64,000 nucleotides of DNA from the human T2T-CHM13v2.0 reference genome, Homo sapiens. Under the pieces are notes generated by a model. It ran no database searches. It was not told the DNA's origin and was given only the letters and a program-made list of their open reading frames with translations. Location of the stretch: NCBI RefSeq assembly GCF_009914755.1, contig NC_060945.1; one strand, 5' to 3'. The translations under genes were made by a program, and so were the position numbers. Positions 44,395 through 59,500 of this stretch are shown in pieces; the first letter of the stretch is position 1; every line of letters begins with the position of its first letter.

Positions 44395-47300
44395 AAAACT
44401 GCTCAATCAAAAGAAAGCTTCAACTCTGTGAGATGAAGGCACACCTCACAAAAAAGTTTCTCAGAACTCTTCTGTCTTGTTTTTTGTGAAGATATTTCCT
44501 TTTCCACCCTAGGCCTCAAAGCCCTCCCAATTTCCTCTTGCAGATTCAACAAAAAGAGTTTCAGAACTGCTCAATCAAAAGAAAGGTTTCACTCTCTGAG
44601 ATGAATGCGCACATCACAAAGAAGTTTCTCAGTTTGCTTCTGTCTAGATTTTATGCGAAGATATTTCCTTTTCTAACATAGGCTGCAAAGTGCTCCAAAT
44701 GTCCACTTTCAGATTCTAAAAATATAGTGTTTCCAAACTACTCAATCAAAAGAAAATTTCAACTCTGTGATTTGAACGCACAGATCACAAAGACGTTTCT
44801 CAGAATTCTTCTGTCTAGCTTTTATGTGAAGATATTTCCTTTTCCACCGTGGGACTCAAAACACTCCAAAAGTCCACTTACAGATCCTACAAAAAGAGAG
44901 TTTCAAAACTGCTCAATCAAAAGAAAGTTTTACCTCTGTGAGATGAATGCACACATCCCAAAGAAGTTTCTCATTTTGCTTCTGTCTAGATTTTATGTGA
45001 AGATATTTTGTTTTCTACCATAGGCCTCAAAGATCCCAAAATGTCCACTTGTAGATTCTACAAAAAGAGTATTTCAAAACTGCTAAATTGAAAATTCTCC
45101 AACTCTGTGAGATGCATGGACACATTACAAAGAAGTTTCTCAGAATGCTTCTGTCTAGTTTTTATGTGAAGACATTTCCTTTTCCAAAACAGGCCTCAAA
45201 GCACTCCAAATATCCACTTGCAGATTCTAAAAAAGAATGTTTCAAAACTGCTCCATCATAAGAAAATTTCAACTCTGTCACGCGAATGCACACATGTCAA
45301 AAGAGTTGCTCAGAATGCTTCTGTCTAATTTTTATGTGAAGATATTTCCTTTTCCACTATAGGCAGTATAGCACTCCAAATATCCACTTGCAGATTCCAC
45401 AAATAGAGTGTTTCCAAACTGCTGAATCAAAAGAAAGTTTCGAGTCTGTGAGATGAGTGCACACATCATAAAGAAGTTTCTCAGCATGCTTCTGTCTAGT
45501 TTTATGTGAAGATATTTCCTTTTCCACCGTAGGCCTCAAAGCGCTCCAAATAACGAATTGCAGATTCTACAAATGAGTTTTTCAAAACTGCTCAATCAAA
45601 AGAAAGTTCAACTCTCTAAGATGAATGCACACATCACAAAGAATTTTCTCAGAATGATTCTGTCTAGTTTTTATGTGAAGATAGTTCCTTTTCCACCATA
45701 GGCCCCAAAGCGCTCCAAATGTACGCTTTCAGATACTACAAAAAGAGTGTTTCAAAACTGCTCAATCAAAAGAAAGTTTCAGCTTTGTGAGATGAATGCA
45801 CACATCACAAAGTAGTTTCTCAGAATATTTCTGTAGGATTTTATGTTAAGATATTTAGTTTTCCACCATAGACCTCCTAGCACTCCAAATGTCCACTTGC
45901 AGGGTCTACAAAAAGAGTGTTTCAAAGCTACTCAATCAAAAGAAAGTTTCAACTCTGTGAGATGAGTGCACACATCACAAAGTAGTTTCTGAGAATGCTT
46001 CTATTTATTATGTGAAGATGTTTCATTTTCCAACTTAGGTCTCAAAGCACTCCAGATGTCCACCTGCAGATTCTACAAAAAAAGTGTTTCAAAACTGCTC
46101 AATCGAAAGTAAGATTCAGCTCTGTGAGATGAAGTTTGTCAGAAATCTTTTGACTAGTTTTTATGTGAAGATATTTCCTTTTCCACCATAGTTCGCAAAG
46201 CGCTCCAAATGTCCTATTGCAGATTCTACAACAAGAGTGTTTCAAAACAGCTCAATCAAAAGTAAGGTTAAATTCTGTGAGATGAATGCACACATCACAA
46301 AGAAGGTTCTCAGAAAGCTTCTGTCTAGCACCTAAGTGAAGATATTTTCTTTTCCACCGCAGGCCTCAAAGCACTCCAAATGTCCTTTTGCAAATTCTAC
46401 AAAATGTGTTTCAAAACTGATCAACCAAAAGAAAATTCCAACCCTGTCAGATGAATGCACACATCACAAAGAAGTTTGTCAGAATGATTCTGTCTAGTTT
46501 TTATGTGAAAATATTTCCTTTTCCACCATAGCCTGCAAAGCGCTCCAAATGTCCACTTGCAGATACTTCCAAAAGGGTTTTTCAGACCTGCTCAATCGAA
46601 AGTAAGGTTCAACTCTGGGAGCTGCATGCTCACATCCAAAAGAAGTTTGTCAGAATGATTCTTTCTAGTTTCGATGTGAAGATGTTGCCTTTTCCACACT
46701 AGGCCTCGCAGTGCTCAAAATGTCCACTTGCAGATTCTACAAAAAGAGTGTTTCCAAACTGCTCAATCAAAAGAAAATTTCCAGTCTGTGAGGTGAATTC
46801 ACACATCACAAAGAAGTTTCTCAGAATGCTTCTGTCTAGTTTTTATGTGAAGATATTTCCTTTTCCACCATAGGCCTGAAAACTCCAAATATCCACTTGC
46901 AGATTGTACAAAAAGAGTGTTTCCAAACTGCTCAATCAAAAGAAAGGTTCAAATCTGCGAGATGAATGCACACATCACAAAGAAGTTTGTCAGAATGTTT
47001 CTGTATAGTTTTTATATGAAGATACTTCCTTTTCCACCATAGGCTTCAAAGGGCTCCAAATTCCCACATGCAGATTGTACAAAGTGTTTCAAAGCTGTTC
47101 AATCAAATGAAAGGTTCAAACCTGTGAGATGAATGCGCACATCACAAAGAAATTTGTCAGAATGCTTCTGTCTAGTTTTTCTCAAGATATTTCCTTTTCC
47201 ATCATAGGCCTCAATGCACGCCAAATGTCCACTTGCAGATATTACAAAAAGGGTGTTTCAAAACTGCTGAATCAAAAGAAAATTTCAACTCTTTGAGATG

Positions 47301-47560
47301 AATGCACATATCACAAAGAAGTTTGTCAGAATGCTTCCGTCTAGTTTTTATGTGAAGATTTTTTTTAAATATGCCTCAAATCGCTCCAAATGTCCACTTG
47401 CAGATTCTACAAAAAGAGTGTTTCCAAACTGCTCAATAAAAAGAAAGGTTCAACTCTGTGAGAAGACCGCACACATCACAAAGAAGTTTCTCAGAATTCT
47501 TCTGTCTAGGTTTCATGTGAAGATATTTCCTTTTCCACCATAGGCCTCAAAGTGCTCCAA
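44395..47560 (-). repeat. Diverged alpha satellite, reverse; inverted paralogue of 141-2300
   Basis: 171-bp period; shares rare variants with the window start (e.g. gtgcggtcttctcac, ggcctagtgtggaa, gtgctatactgcct). Confidence 0.96.
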
Positions 47561-50500
47561 TCCACTCCACTGAATTCCATTCTTTCGCATTCCATTTCAC
47601 TCCATTCCACTCCACTCCACTCCACTGCACTCCACCCCACTCCATTCCATTCCATTCCATTCCGTTCCATCCCACTCCATTCCATTCCATTCATTTCTTT
47701 CGACAGGATCTCCGTCTGTAACCCAGGCTGCAAGGCAGTGGCAAAATCTCAGCTCACGTTTCATTTCACCATTCCATTCCATTACATTACATGCCATTCC
47801 TTTCCATTCAATCCGTTCAACTCCACTCCACTTCACTGCACTCCATTCCATTCCATCATATTCCAGTTCTCTCCATTCCACTCCACTCCAATCAAGTCCA
47901 CTCGACTCCACTTCACTCCATTCCATTCCATCCCATTGCATTCAACTCCACTCCACTCCACTCCTTTCTTTTCACAGTATCTCACCCTGTCAACCAGTCT
48001 GGAGTGAAGTGGCACAATCTCAGCTCACATTTCATTTCACCATTCCATTCTACTCCATTCCACTCAATTCCATTCCATTGCATTCCATTCAATTCCATTC
48101 CACTCCATTCCATTCCACTACACTGCACTTCACTCCACTAAACTCCATTCCAATGCATCCCACTCCATTCCACTACACTCTACTCCACTCCCTTCCATTA
48201 CATCCCATTGCATTCAACTCCATTGCACTCCACTCCACTCCACTCCACTCCACTCCCTTCCATTCCATTCCATCCCACACCACTACATTCCATTCCATTC
48301 CATTCTTTCGACAGGATCTCACTCTGTCGCCCAGGCTGGAGTGCAGTGGAGCAATCTCAGCTAACATTTCACTTCACCATTCCATTGCATTCCATTCCAT
48401 TCCATTCCATTCCATTCCATTCCATTCCATTCCATAACATTCCACTGCACTCCACTCAACTCCACTCCACTTCATTCCATACAACTCCATTCCATTTCAT
48501 TCCATTTAATCCACTCCATCCCCCTCCAGTCCACTCCACTCCATCCCAAACCATCCCATTCCATTCCACTCCATTCCACTCCAATCCACTCCACTCCAGT
48601 CTAGTCCACTACATTCCAATCGACCTTAATCCATCCCATCATATTCCACTCCTTTCCCCTCCACTCCACTCCACTCCACTTCTCTCCACTCCACTCCACT
48701 CCATTCTATTCCATTCCATTCCACTCCATTCCGTTCCATTCATTTCTTTTGACAGGATCTCACTGTGTAACCCAGGCTGGAGTGCAGCGCCACTATCTCA
48801 GCTCACATTTCATTTCACCATTCCATTTCATTCCATTCCATTCCATTCCATTCCATTCCATTCCATTCCATTCCACTACACTACACTCCATTCCATTCCA
48901 TTCCATTCCATTCCACTCCATTCCAGTCCACTCAACTCCACACCACTCCACTCCACTCCATTCCATTGAATCCCATTCTATTCCACTCCATTGCACTCCA
49001 CTCCAATCCACTCTACTCCACTCCATTCCGTTCTATTCCATTCCATCCCATTCCATTCCACAGCATTCCACTCCCCTCCAATAAACTCTACTCCAATCCA
49101 CTCCATTCCATTCCATTAAACTCCATTCCATTCCATACCTTTCTTTCGACAGGATCTCACTCTGTCACACAGGCTGGAGTGCAGTGGCACAATCTCAGCT
49201 CCCATTTCATTTCACCATTCCATTCCATTCTATTCCATTTCATTCCATTCCACTGCACTCCACTCCATTTCTTTCATTCCACTCCACTTCATTCCATCCC
49301 ATTCCATTCCACTCCATTCCACTCCTCTCCACTCCATTCTATTAGACTACATCCCATTGCATTCCACCCCATTACACTCCACTGCACTCCACTCCACTCC
49401 AATACACTCCACTCCACTCCGTTCCATTCCATTCCATTCCATTCCATTGCATTCCATACCTTTCTTTTGACATTATCTCACTCTGTCACCCAGGCTGCAG
49501 TGCAATGGCACAATCTCAGCTCACTTTTCATTTCACCATTCCATTCCATTGCATTCCATTTCATTCAATTCCATAGCGTTCCATTCCATTCCATTCCATT
49601 CCATTCCATTCCATTCCTTTCAATTCCATTCCATTCCATTGCACTCCACTCCACTCCACTCCACTCCATTTAACTCCACTCCATTCTATTCCACTCCATT
49701 GCTTTCCATTCCATTCCACTCCATTCCATTCCACCCCACTCCACTCCACTCCATTCCATCCCATTCCATTTCACTCCATTCCACTCCACTCCTCTCCATT
49801 CCACTCCATTCCATTCAACTCCATCCCATTGCATTCCCCTCCGTTCCCCTCCACTCCGCTTCAGTCCACTCGAGTCCACTCCACTTCACTACATTCCACT
49901 CCACGCCATTCCATTCCATTGCACTCAGTTATGTTTCATTCCTTTCTTTTGAGAGGATCTCACTCTGTCTCCCAGGCTGGAGTGCAGTGGCACAATCTCA
50001 GCTCACATTTCATTACACCATTCCATTCCACTGCGTTCCATTCCATTCCGTTCCATTCCATTCCATTCCACTCCACTCCAACGCATCCATTCCACTCCAT
50101 TCCATTCCATTTCACTCCACTCCACAGCACTCCACTAAATTCCATCTGGTTCCTTTAGACTCTATTCCACTCAACTCCACTCCACTTCACTCCACTCCAT
50201 TCCATTCCATTCCATTATACTCCAATCAATTCTATTCCTTTCTTTTGACAGAATCTCACTCTGTCACCCAGGGTGGAGTGCAGTGAAACTATTTCAGTTC
50301 ACATTTCATTTCACCATTCCATTCCATTCCATTAAATTCCATTCCATTCCATTCTATTCCACTCCACTCCACTCCACTCCACTCCACTCCATTCCATCCC
50401 ATTCCATTCCACTCCATTCCACTCCTCTACAATCCATTCCACTCCACTCCATTCCCTTCCACTCCACTCCTCTCCACTCTAATCCACTCCATTCCATTCC

Positions 50501-53500
50501 ATTCCTCTCCATTCTCTTCCATTCCTTTCTTTGGACAGGATCTCACTCTTTCCCCCAGGTTGGAGTGCAGTGGCACAATCTCAGCTCACATTACGTTTCA
50601 CCATTCCATTCCATTCCATTCCATTTCATTCCATTCCATTCCACTCCACTATATCCATTCCACTCCATTACATTACATTCCACTCCACTCCAGTCCACTC
50701 CATTCAACTCCACGCCACTCCACTCCATGTCATTCCATACCATTACATTCCACTCCATTCCATTCCACTCCACTCCACTCCATTCCATTCCATTCCTTTA
50801 TTTTAACAGATTCTCACTCTGTCACCAAGGCTGGAGTGTAGTAACACTATTTCAGTTCACATTTCATTTCACCATTCCAATCCATTCCATTCCATTCCAT
50901 TCCATTCCATTCCATTCCATTCCATTCCATTCCTTTCCTTTCCATTCCGTTCAATTCCATTCCATTCCATTCCATTCCATTCCATTCCTATCCACTCCAC
51001 TCCACTCCATTCCATCCCATACCATTATATTCCACTCCGTCCCACTCCACTTCACTCCATTCCAGTCCATTCTACTCCATTCCATTCCATTCCTTTCTTT
51101 TAACAGAATCTCACTCTGTCACCAAGGCTGGAGTGCAGTAACACTATTTCAGTTCACATTTCATTTCACCATTCTAATCCATTCCATTCCATTCCATTCC
51201 TTTCCTTTCCATTCCGTTCAATTCCATTCCATTCCATTCCACTCCACTCCACTCCACTCCACTCCATTCCATCCCATTCCATTCAACTCACTTCCACTCC
51301 TTTCCATTCTACACCACTCCACTCCATTCCATTCAACTCCCTTCCACTCCAGTCCACTCCACACCACTCCACTCCATTCCATTCCATCCTATTCCATTCC
51401 ACTCCATTGCACTCCACTTCACTCCACTACCCTCCACTCCATTCAATTCCACTCTAAACCATTCCATTCCACTCCACTCCACTCCACTCCACTCCAGTCC
51501 ACTACTCTCCACTCCATTCCATTCCATTCCACTCCATTCCATGCCATTCCATTCGTTTTCTTCGAACGGGTCTCACTCTATCACTGAGGCTGAAGTGCAG
51601 TGGCACAATCTCAGCTCACATTTCATTTCACCATTCCATTGCATTCCATTCCATTCCATTTAATTACAATCCTTACCACTCAACCCCACTCCATTCCACG
51701 CCATTCCATTCCATTACATTACATTTCAGTAAATTCCATTCCAGTCCACTCCACTCTGCTACATTCCATTCAATTCCATCCCATCCCATTCCACTCCATT
51801 CCATTCCTCTCCACTCTACTCCACTCCACTCATCTCCATTCCATTCCACTCCATTCCATTCCATTCCTTTCTTTCGACAACATCTCACTCTGTCACCCAG
51901 GCTGGACTGCAGTCGCACAATCACAGCTCACATTTAATTTCACCATTCCATTCCATTCCATTCCATTCCATTGCACTCCACTGCACTCCACTCCATTCCA
52001 CTACACTCCATTCCACATCACTCCACTCCACTCCAATGCATTACATTCCCTTTCATCCCCTTCCATTCCACTCCATTCCACTCCACTCCACTCCACTCCA
52101 TTCAATTCTATTCCTTTCCATTCCACTCCATTCCATTCCATCACTTTCTTTTGACAGGGTCTCACTCTGTCACACAGGCTGGAGTACAGTGACACAATCT
52201 GAGCTCACATTTCATTTCACCTTTCCATTCCATTCCACTCCAGTCCACTCAACTCCACTCCACTCCATTCCCTTCCATTCCAATGCACTCCAATCCTCTC
52301 CTATACACTCCATTCCATCCAAATCCATTCCACTCCATTTCACTCCACTCCACTCCACTCCGATACTTTCCATTACAACACAGTACATTCCACTCCATTC
52401 CACTCCACTCAACTCCACTGTATTGCATTCCATTCAATTCCAATACACTCCATTACACTACTTTCCTATCCTTCTACAGGATCTCACTCTGTCACCCAGG
52501 CTGGAGTGAAGTGGCACAATCTCAGCTCACATTTCATTTCACCAGTACTTCCCATTCCATTCCGTTTCGTTCCATTCTGATCTACTCCGTTCCACTGCAC
52601 TACATTCCACTCCCTTCCACTAAACTCCACTCAACTCCAGTCCACTCCACATCACTACACTCCATCCCATTCCATGCCACTCCTTTCCATTCCACTGCAC
52701 TCCACTCCATTCCATTCCATTACATTGCATCCCATTAGATTCCATTCCATGCCACACCATTCCACTCCACTCCACTCCATTCCATTCCATCCCATTTCAT
52801 TCCATTCCATTCCATTCCATTCCATTCCATTCCATTCCATTCCATCTGTTTCCATTCCATTCCATTCCATCCGTTTCCATTCCATTCCATTCCATTCCAT
52901 TCCATTCCATCCCATCCCATGCCATCCCATTCCATTCCATTCCATTCCTTTCTATTCCATTCCATTCCACTCCATCTCTTTCCATTCCCTTCCACACCAT
53001 TCCATTCCCTTCTTTCGACAGGATCTCACTCTGTGATACAGGCTGGAGTGCAGTAGCACAATCTCATCTCACGTTTCATTTCACCATTCCATTCCACTCC
53101 ATTCCACTCCACTTCACTCCACTCCACTCTAATCCACACCATTCCACTCTATTCCATTCCACTCCATTCGATTCCATTCCTTTCTTTGAGATGATCTCAC
53201 TCTGTTACCCAGGCTGGAGAGCAGTGGCACAATTTCAGCTCACATTTCATTTCATGAGTCCATTCCATTCTATTCCATTCCATTCTACTCCACCCCACTC
53301 CACTCCATTCCATTCTATTCCACTCCATTCCATTCCATTCCATTCCATTCCACACCATTCAATTCCATTCTACTCCATTCCATTCCATTCCTTTATTTCC
53401 ACTGGGTTTCACTCTGTCACCCAGAGAGGAGTACAGTGGAACAATCTTAGCTCAAATTTCATTTCACCATTCCATTCCATTCCATTCCATTCCATTCCAC

Positions 53501-56500
53501 TCCACTCCACTCCAATCCTCTCAACTCCACTCCACTCAACTCAACTCCATTCTGTTCCATTCCATTCCAGTCCGTTCCATTGCATTGCATTCCGTTCCAT
53601 TCCATTCCTTTCCACTCCACTGCATACCATTCCACTCCATTCCACTCCAGTCCACTCCAGTCCACTCCACTCCACTTCACTCCATTCCACTCTACACCAC
53701 TAAACTCCATCCACTCCATTCCCCTCCTTTCGATTCCATTCCATTCCATCCCATTCCATTCCACTTCACTCTGATCCACTCCACTAAACTCCACTCCACT
53801 CCACTCCATCCCATTCCGTTCCATTCCGTTCTGTTCTGTTCCATTGCACTCCATTACATTCAACTCCACTCCTCTCCACTCCACTCCATTACACTCCATT
53901 CACTCCTTTCCACTCCACTCAACTCCATTCCATTCCACTCCACTCCACTCCATTTCACTCCATTCCACTCCATTCCATTCCACTCCATTACACTCCATTA
54001 CACTCCACTCCTTTCCATGCCACCCCATTCCACTCCACTCCATTCCACTCCATTCAATTCCACTCCACTACAATCCATTCTATTCTACGCCATTCCATTC
54101 TGTTCCTCTGTTTCGACAGGATCTCACTGTGTCACCCAGACTGGAGTACAGTGGCACAATTGTAACTCACATTTCATTTCACCATTCCATTCTTTTCATT
54201 CCACTCCACTCCAGTCCACTCCACTCCACTCCACTCCATTTCACTCCATTCCACTTCATTCCATTCCACTCCATTCTGCTCCATTACAGTCCACTCCATT
54301 CCGCTCCACTCCATTCCACTCCACTCCATTCCATTCCATTCTACTCCATTCCATTCCATTCTTTTATTTTGACTGGATCTCACTGTGTCACCCAGAATGG
54401 AGTGCAGTGCACAATCGTAGCTCACATTTCATTTCACCTTTCCATTGCATTCCATTCCATTCCATTCCTTTTCATTCCACTTCACTCCATTCCAGTCCAC
54501 TGCACTCCACTCCAATCCATTCCACTACACTCCTTTCCATTCCTTTCCATTCCATTCCACTCCACTCCATTCCACTCCACTGCACTCCACTCCAATCCAT
54601 TCCACTACATTCCTTTCCATTCCATTCCTTTCCAATCCATGGCAATCAGTTCCACTTCACTCAAAACCACCACACCCCACTCCACTCCGTTCTGTTGCAT
54701 TCCATTCCATTCCGTTCCATTCCATTCCATTCTATGCCATTTCATTCCATTCCACTCCACTCAATTACATTCCGCCCCATTCCACTGCACTCCGCTCCAT
54801 TCAAGTTCCATTCCACTGCACTCCGGTCCACTCCACTCAGTTCCACTGCATTCCATTCCACTGCAGTCATTTCCATTCCGTTCCAATCCTTTCCATTCCA
54901 TTCTATTCAACTCCATTCCGTTCCACTCCACTCCTTTGTACTCCACTCCATTTCAATCGATTCCACTCCATTCCACTCCACTCCACTCCACTCCATTGCA
55001 TTCCATTCCCTTCAACTCCATTCCATTCTACTCCATTCCACTGCATTCCACTCCATTTCCCTCCATTCCATTCCACTCCACTCCATTCCAATCAACTCCA
55101 ATCCTTTCCTCAACATTCCATTCTACTTCACTCCATTGCATTCCATTCCACTCCATTCCATTGCATTCCTGTATTTCGACTGGATCTCACTCTGTCACCC
55201 AGACTCGAACACTGTGGCACAATCTTAGCACACATTTCATTTCACCATTCCTTTCCATTCCATTCAATTGCATTCCATTGCACTGAAATCCGATCCAATC
55301 CACTCAACTCCACTCAACTCCACTCCGTTCCGTTCCATTCCACTCCTTTCCATTCCATTGCATTCTGTTCCATTTCATTCCATTCCATTCCACTGCATTC
55401 CATTCCACTCCATTCCACTCAACTCCGCTCCACGCTACTCTAATCCACTCTATTCCACTGCACTCCAGTAAACTCCACTCCACTCCAGTCCTCTCGATTA
55501 CTTTAAATTCCATTCCACTCCATTACACTGCAGTCTGATCCACTCCACGCAACTCTACTCCTCTCCACTCTGTTCCATTCCGTTCTGTTGCATTCTGCTC
55601 TGTTCCGTTGCATTCCACTCCATTCCATTACACTCCAATCCACTGCATTCCACTCCACTGCACTCCAATCCACCCCACCCCACTCCATTCCACTCCTCTC
55701 CATTCCACTCCACTCCACTCCATTCCACTACACTCCTTTCCATTCCATTCCATTCCATTCCTTTCCATTCCACAGCAATCTGATCCACTCCACTCAACTC
55801 CATTCCACTCCACTCCATTCCATTCCATTCCATTCCATACCATTCTGTTCCATTCATTCCATTCTGTTCCTTTCCATTGCATTCCAATCCACTCCATTCC
55901 ATTCCACTCTATTCCAGTCCACTCCACACCACTCCACTCCATTCCACTCCTATCCACTCCACCCCACTCCACTCCACTCCCTTCAATTTCATTCCATTCC
56001 ATTCCATTCCATTCCATTCCATTCCATTCCACAGCACTCTGATCCACTCCACTCAGTTCCACTCCATTTCACTCCACTCCATTCCGTTCCATTCCATTCT
56101 GTTCTGGTACGTTCCATTCCGTTCCATTAAACTCCATTCCATTCCATTCCACTCCACTCCATTTCACTCCACTCTACTCCATTCCACTTCCCTCCACTAC
56201 AATCCACTCCAATACACTCCACTCCATTCCACTCCATTCCACTCCATTCATTCCATTCCAATTCATTCCACTCCATTCCACTCCAGTCCACTCCATTCCA
56301 TTCCACTCCAGTCCATTCCACTCCACCGCATTCCACTCACTCCCCTCCACTCCATTCCACTCCACTCCATTCCACTCTATTTCTTCCACTCCACTCCATT
56401 CCATTTCATTCCATTCCACTCCATTCCACTCCACTCCAATCCACTCCCCTCCATTCCACTCCACTCCATTCTATTCCACTCCATTCCATTCCACTCCACT

Positions 56501-59500
56501 CCATTCCATTATATTCTACTGCATTTCAATCCATTCTTTTATTTCGACTATATCTCACTCTGTCTCCCAGACTAGAGTGCAGTGGCATAATCTTAGCTCA
56601 CACTTCATTGCACGATTCCATTCCATTTCATTCAATTGCATTTCATTCCATTCTATTCCACTGCCATCCTATCCACTCCACTCAACTCCACTCCACTCCA
56701 CTCCATTCCGTTCCATCCCATTCCATAGCATTCTGATCCTTTTTATTCCATTCCACTCCACTCCATTCTATTCCACTCCATTCCACTCCATTCCACTCCA
56801 CTCCACTCCACTAAACTGTAATCCATTCAATTTCATTCCACTCCACTCCACTAAACTCCATTCCACTCCACTAAATTTCATTAAATTATTTTCCATTCCA
56901 TTCCAAAGCATTCCCATCCATTCCACTCAATGCTACTCCACTCCACTCCTTTCCATTCCTTTCCACTCTGTGCAGTTCAGTTCCATTCCATTCCACTCCA
57001 CACCACTCCACTCCTTTCCACTCCACTGCACTCCACTCCACTCCATTCCACTCCAATACACTGCACTCCACTCCATTCCACTACACTCCTTTCCATTCCA
57101 TTCCATTCCATTCCATTCCATTCCATTCCTTTCCTTTCCTTTCCTTTCCTTTCCACGGCAATCTGATCCACTCCAGTCAACTCCACTCCACTCCACTCCT
57201 TTCCATTCCATTCCATTCCATTCCATTCCATTCCATTCCATTCCATTCCATTCTATTCCATTCCATCCCATTCCATTCCATTCCACTCCACTGCATTTCA
57301 TTCCACTCCATTCAACTACACTCCACTCCACTCGAATCCACTGCAATACATTCCATTCCATTCCATTCCATTTCATTCCACTGCACTCCAATCCACTCCT
57401 CTCAACTCCACTCCGCTCCATTCGATTCCATTCCATTCCGGTCAGTTCCATTCTGTTCCACTCCACTCCATTTCATTCCACTCCACTCCACTCCACTTCA
57501 CTCCATTAGACTCCACTCCATTCCGTTCCATTCCATTCCATTCCATTCCTTTCTGTTCCTTTCCATTCCATTCCACTCCACTACATTCCATTCCACTCCA
57601 TTCCACTCTACTGCACTCAACTCCACTCCAATCCACCCCACGCCACTCCCCTAAATTCCATTCTATTTCATTCCATTGCATTCAATTTCATTCCACTGCA
57701 TTCCGATCCGCTCCACCCTACTCCACTCCACTCCATTCCAGTCCAATCTATTCCATTCCGTTCTGTTCCATTTCATTCCCTTCCATTCCGTTCCATTTCT
57801 TTCCATTCCATTCCATTCCTTTCCACTCCACTCCATTCCTTTCCACTCCATTCCACTCCACTCCACTCCAGTCCACACCACTCCACTCCATTCTATTCCA
57901 CTCCATTCCATTACAATACACTGCACTTCATTGTTTTCCGTTCTGTTCCACTCCATCCCACTGCCCTCCATTCCATTCCACTACATTCCACCACACTCCA
58001 CTACACTCCACTACACTCCACTACATTTTATTGCAGTCCATTCCATTATATTCCACTCCATTCCATTCCATTCCACTCCAATTCATGCCATTCCATTCCA
58101 CTCCATTCCACTCCAATCCATGCCATTCCATTCCACTCAATTTCACTCCTTTCAATTATGTTCAATTCTGCTCCACTCATTCCACTACACTACACTCCCC
58201 TCCATTCCACTCCACGCCACTCCACTCCATTCCACTCCATTCCATTCCACTCCACTCCATTCCATTCCATTCTACTCCATTCCATTCCATTCCTTTATTT
58301 CGACTGGATCTAACTCTGTCACCGAGACTGGAGTGCAGTGGCACAATCTTAGCTCACATTTTATTTCATAGTTGCATTCCATTCCATTTCATTCCATTCC
58401 CTTCCATTCCATTCCCCTGCACTCCAATCCACTCCACTAAACTCCACTCCACTCCGTTCTGTTCCGTTCCATTCTATTCCATTCCATTCCATTCCATTCC
58501 ACTCCACTCCATTCCATTCCACTCCACTCCACTCCATTCCATTCAATTCCCTTCCACTGCACTCCGATCCCCCCCACTCAACTCCATTCCGATCCACTCT
58601 GTCCCCTTCCATTCTATTCTCTTCTGTTCTGTTCCATTCCATTTCACTCCATTCCATTCCACTCCATTCCATTCCACTCCACTCCATTTCACTATATTCC
58701 ACTCCACTCCACTCCTCTACATTTCATTGCACTACATTCCATTATATTCCCCTCCATTCCATTCCTTTCCATTCAGCTCCAATGCATTCCATTCCATTAT
58801 ATTCCCCTCCATTCCATTCCTTTCCATTCAGCTCCAATGCATTCCATTCCATTCCATTCCACTCCATTCCATTCCATTCCATTCCACTCAATTCCACTCC
58901 ATTCCATTCCACTCCATTCTGCTCCACTCATTCCGCGATACTACACTCCCCTACATTCCACTCCACTCCAATCCACTCCACTCCATTCCACTCCACTCCA
59001 TTGCATTCCATTCCTTTATTTCAACTGGATCTACCTCTTTCACCCAGACTGGGGTGCAGTGGCACAATCTTAGCTCACATTTCATTTCTTCGTTGCATTC
59101 CATCCCGTTTCATTCCATTCCATTACATTCCATTCGTTTCCATTCCCCTGCACTCCAAACCACTCCACTCAACTCCACTCCACTACACTCCGTTCTGTTC
59201 CATTCCATTCCGTTCCATTCCATTCCATTCCATTCAGTTCCACTCCACTCCATTCCATTCAACTCCACTCCACTCCACTCCATTCTGTTCCATTCCATTC
59301 CCCTCCACTCCGATCCCCTCCACTCAACTCCATTCCACTTCACTCTGCTCCGTTCAATTCCATTCCATTCTCTTCCATTCCGTTCCATTCCATTCCATTC
59401 CATTCCATACCATTCCACTCCACTCCATTTCATTCCATTCTATTCCACTTCTTTCCACTCCACTCCACTCCACTCTATTCCATTCCAGTCCATGCCATTG

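Noticed and set aside
47700-59080. Conserved repeat plus variable spacer layout superficially like a CRISPR array
   Set aside because: Primate DNA; the repeat is an Alu fragment, the spacers are long low-complexity pentamers, and there are no cas genes.
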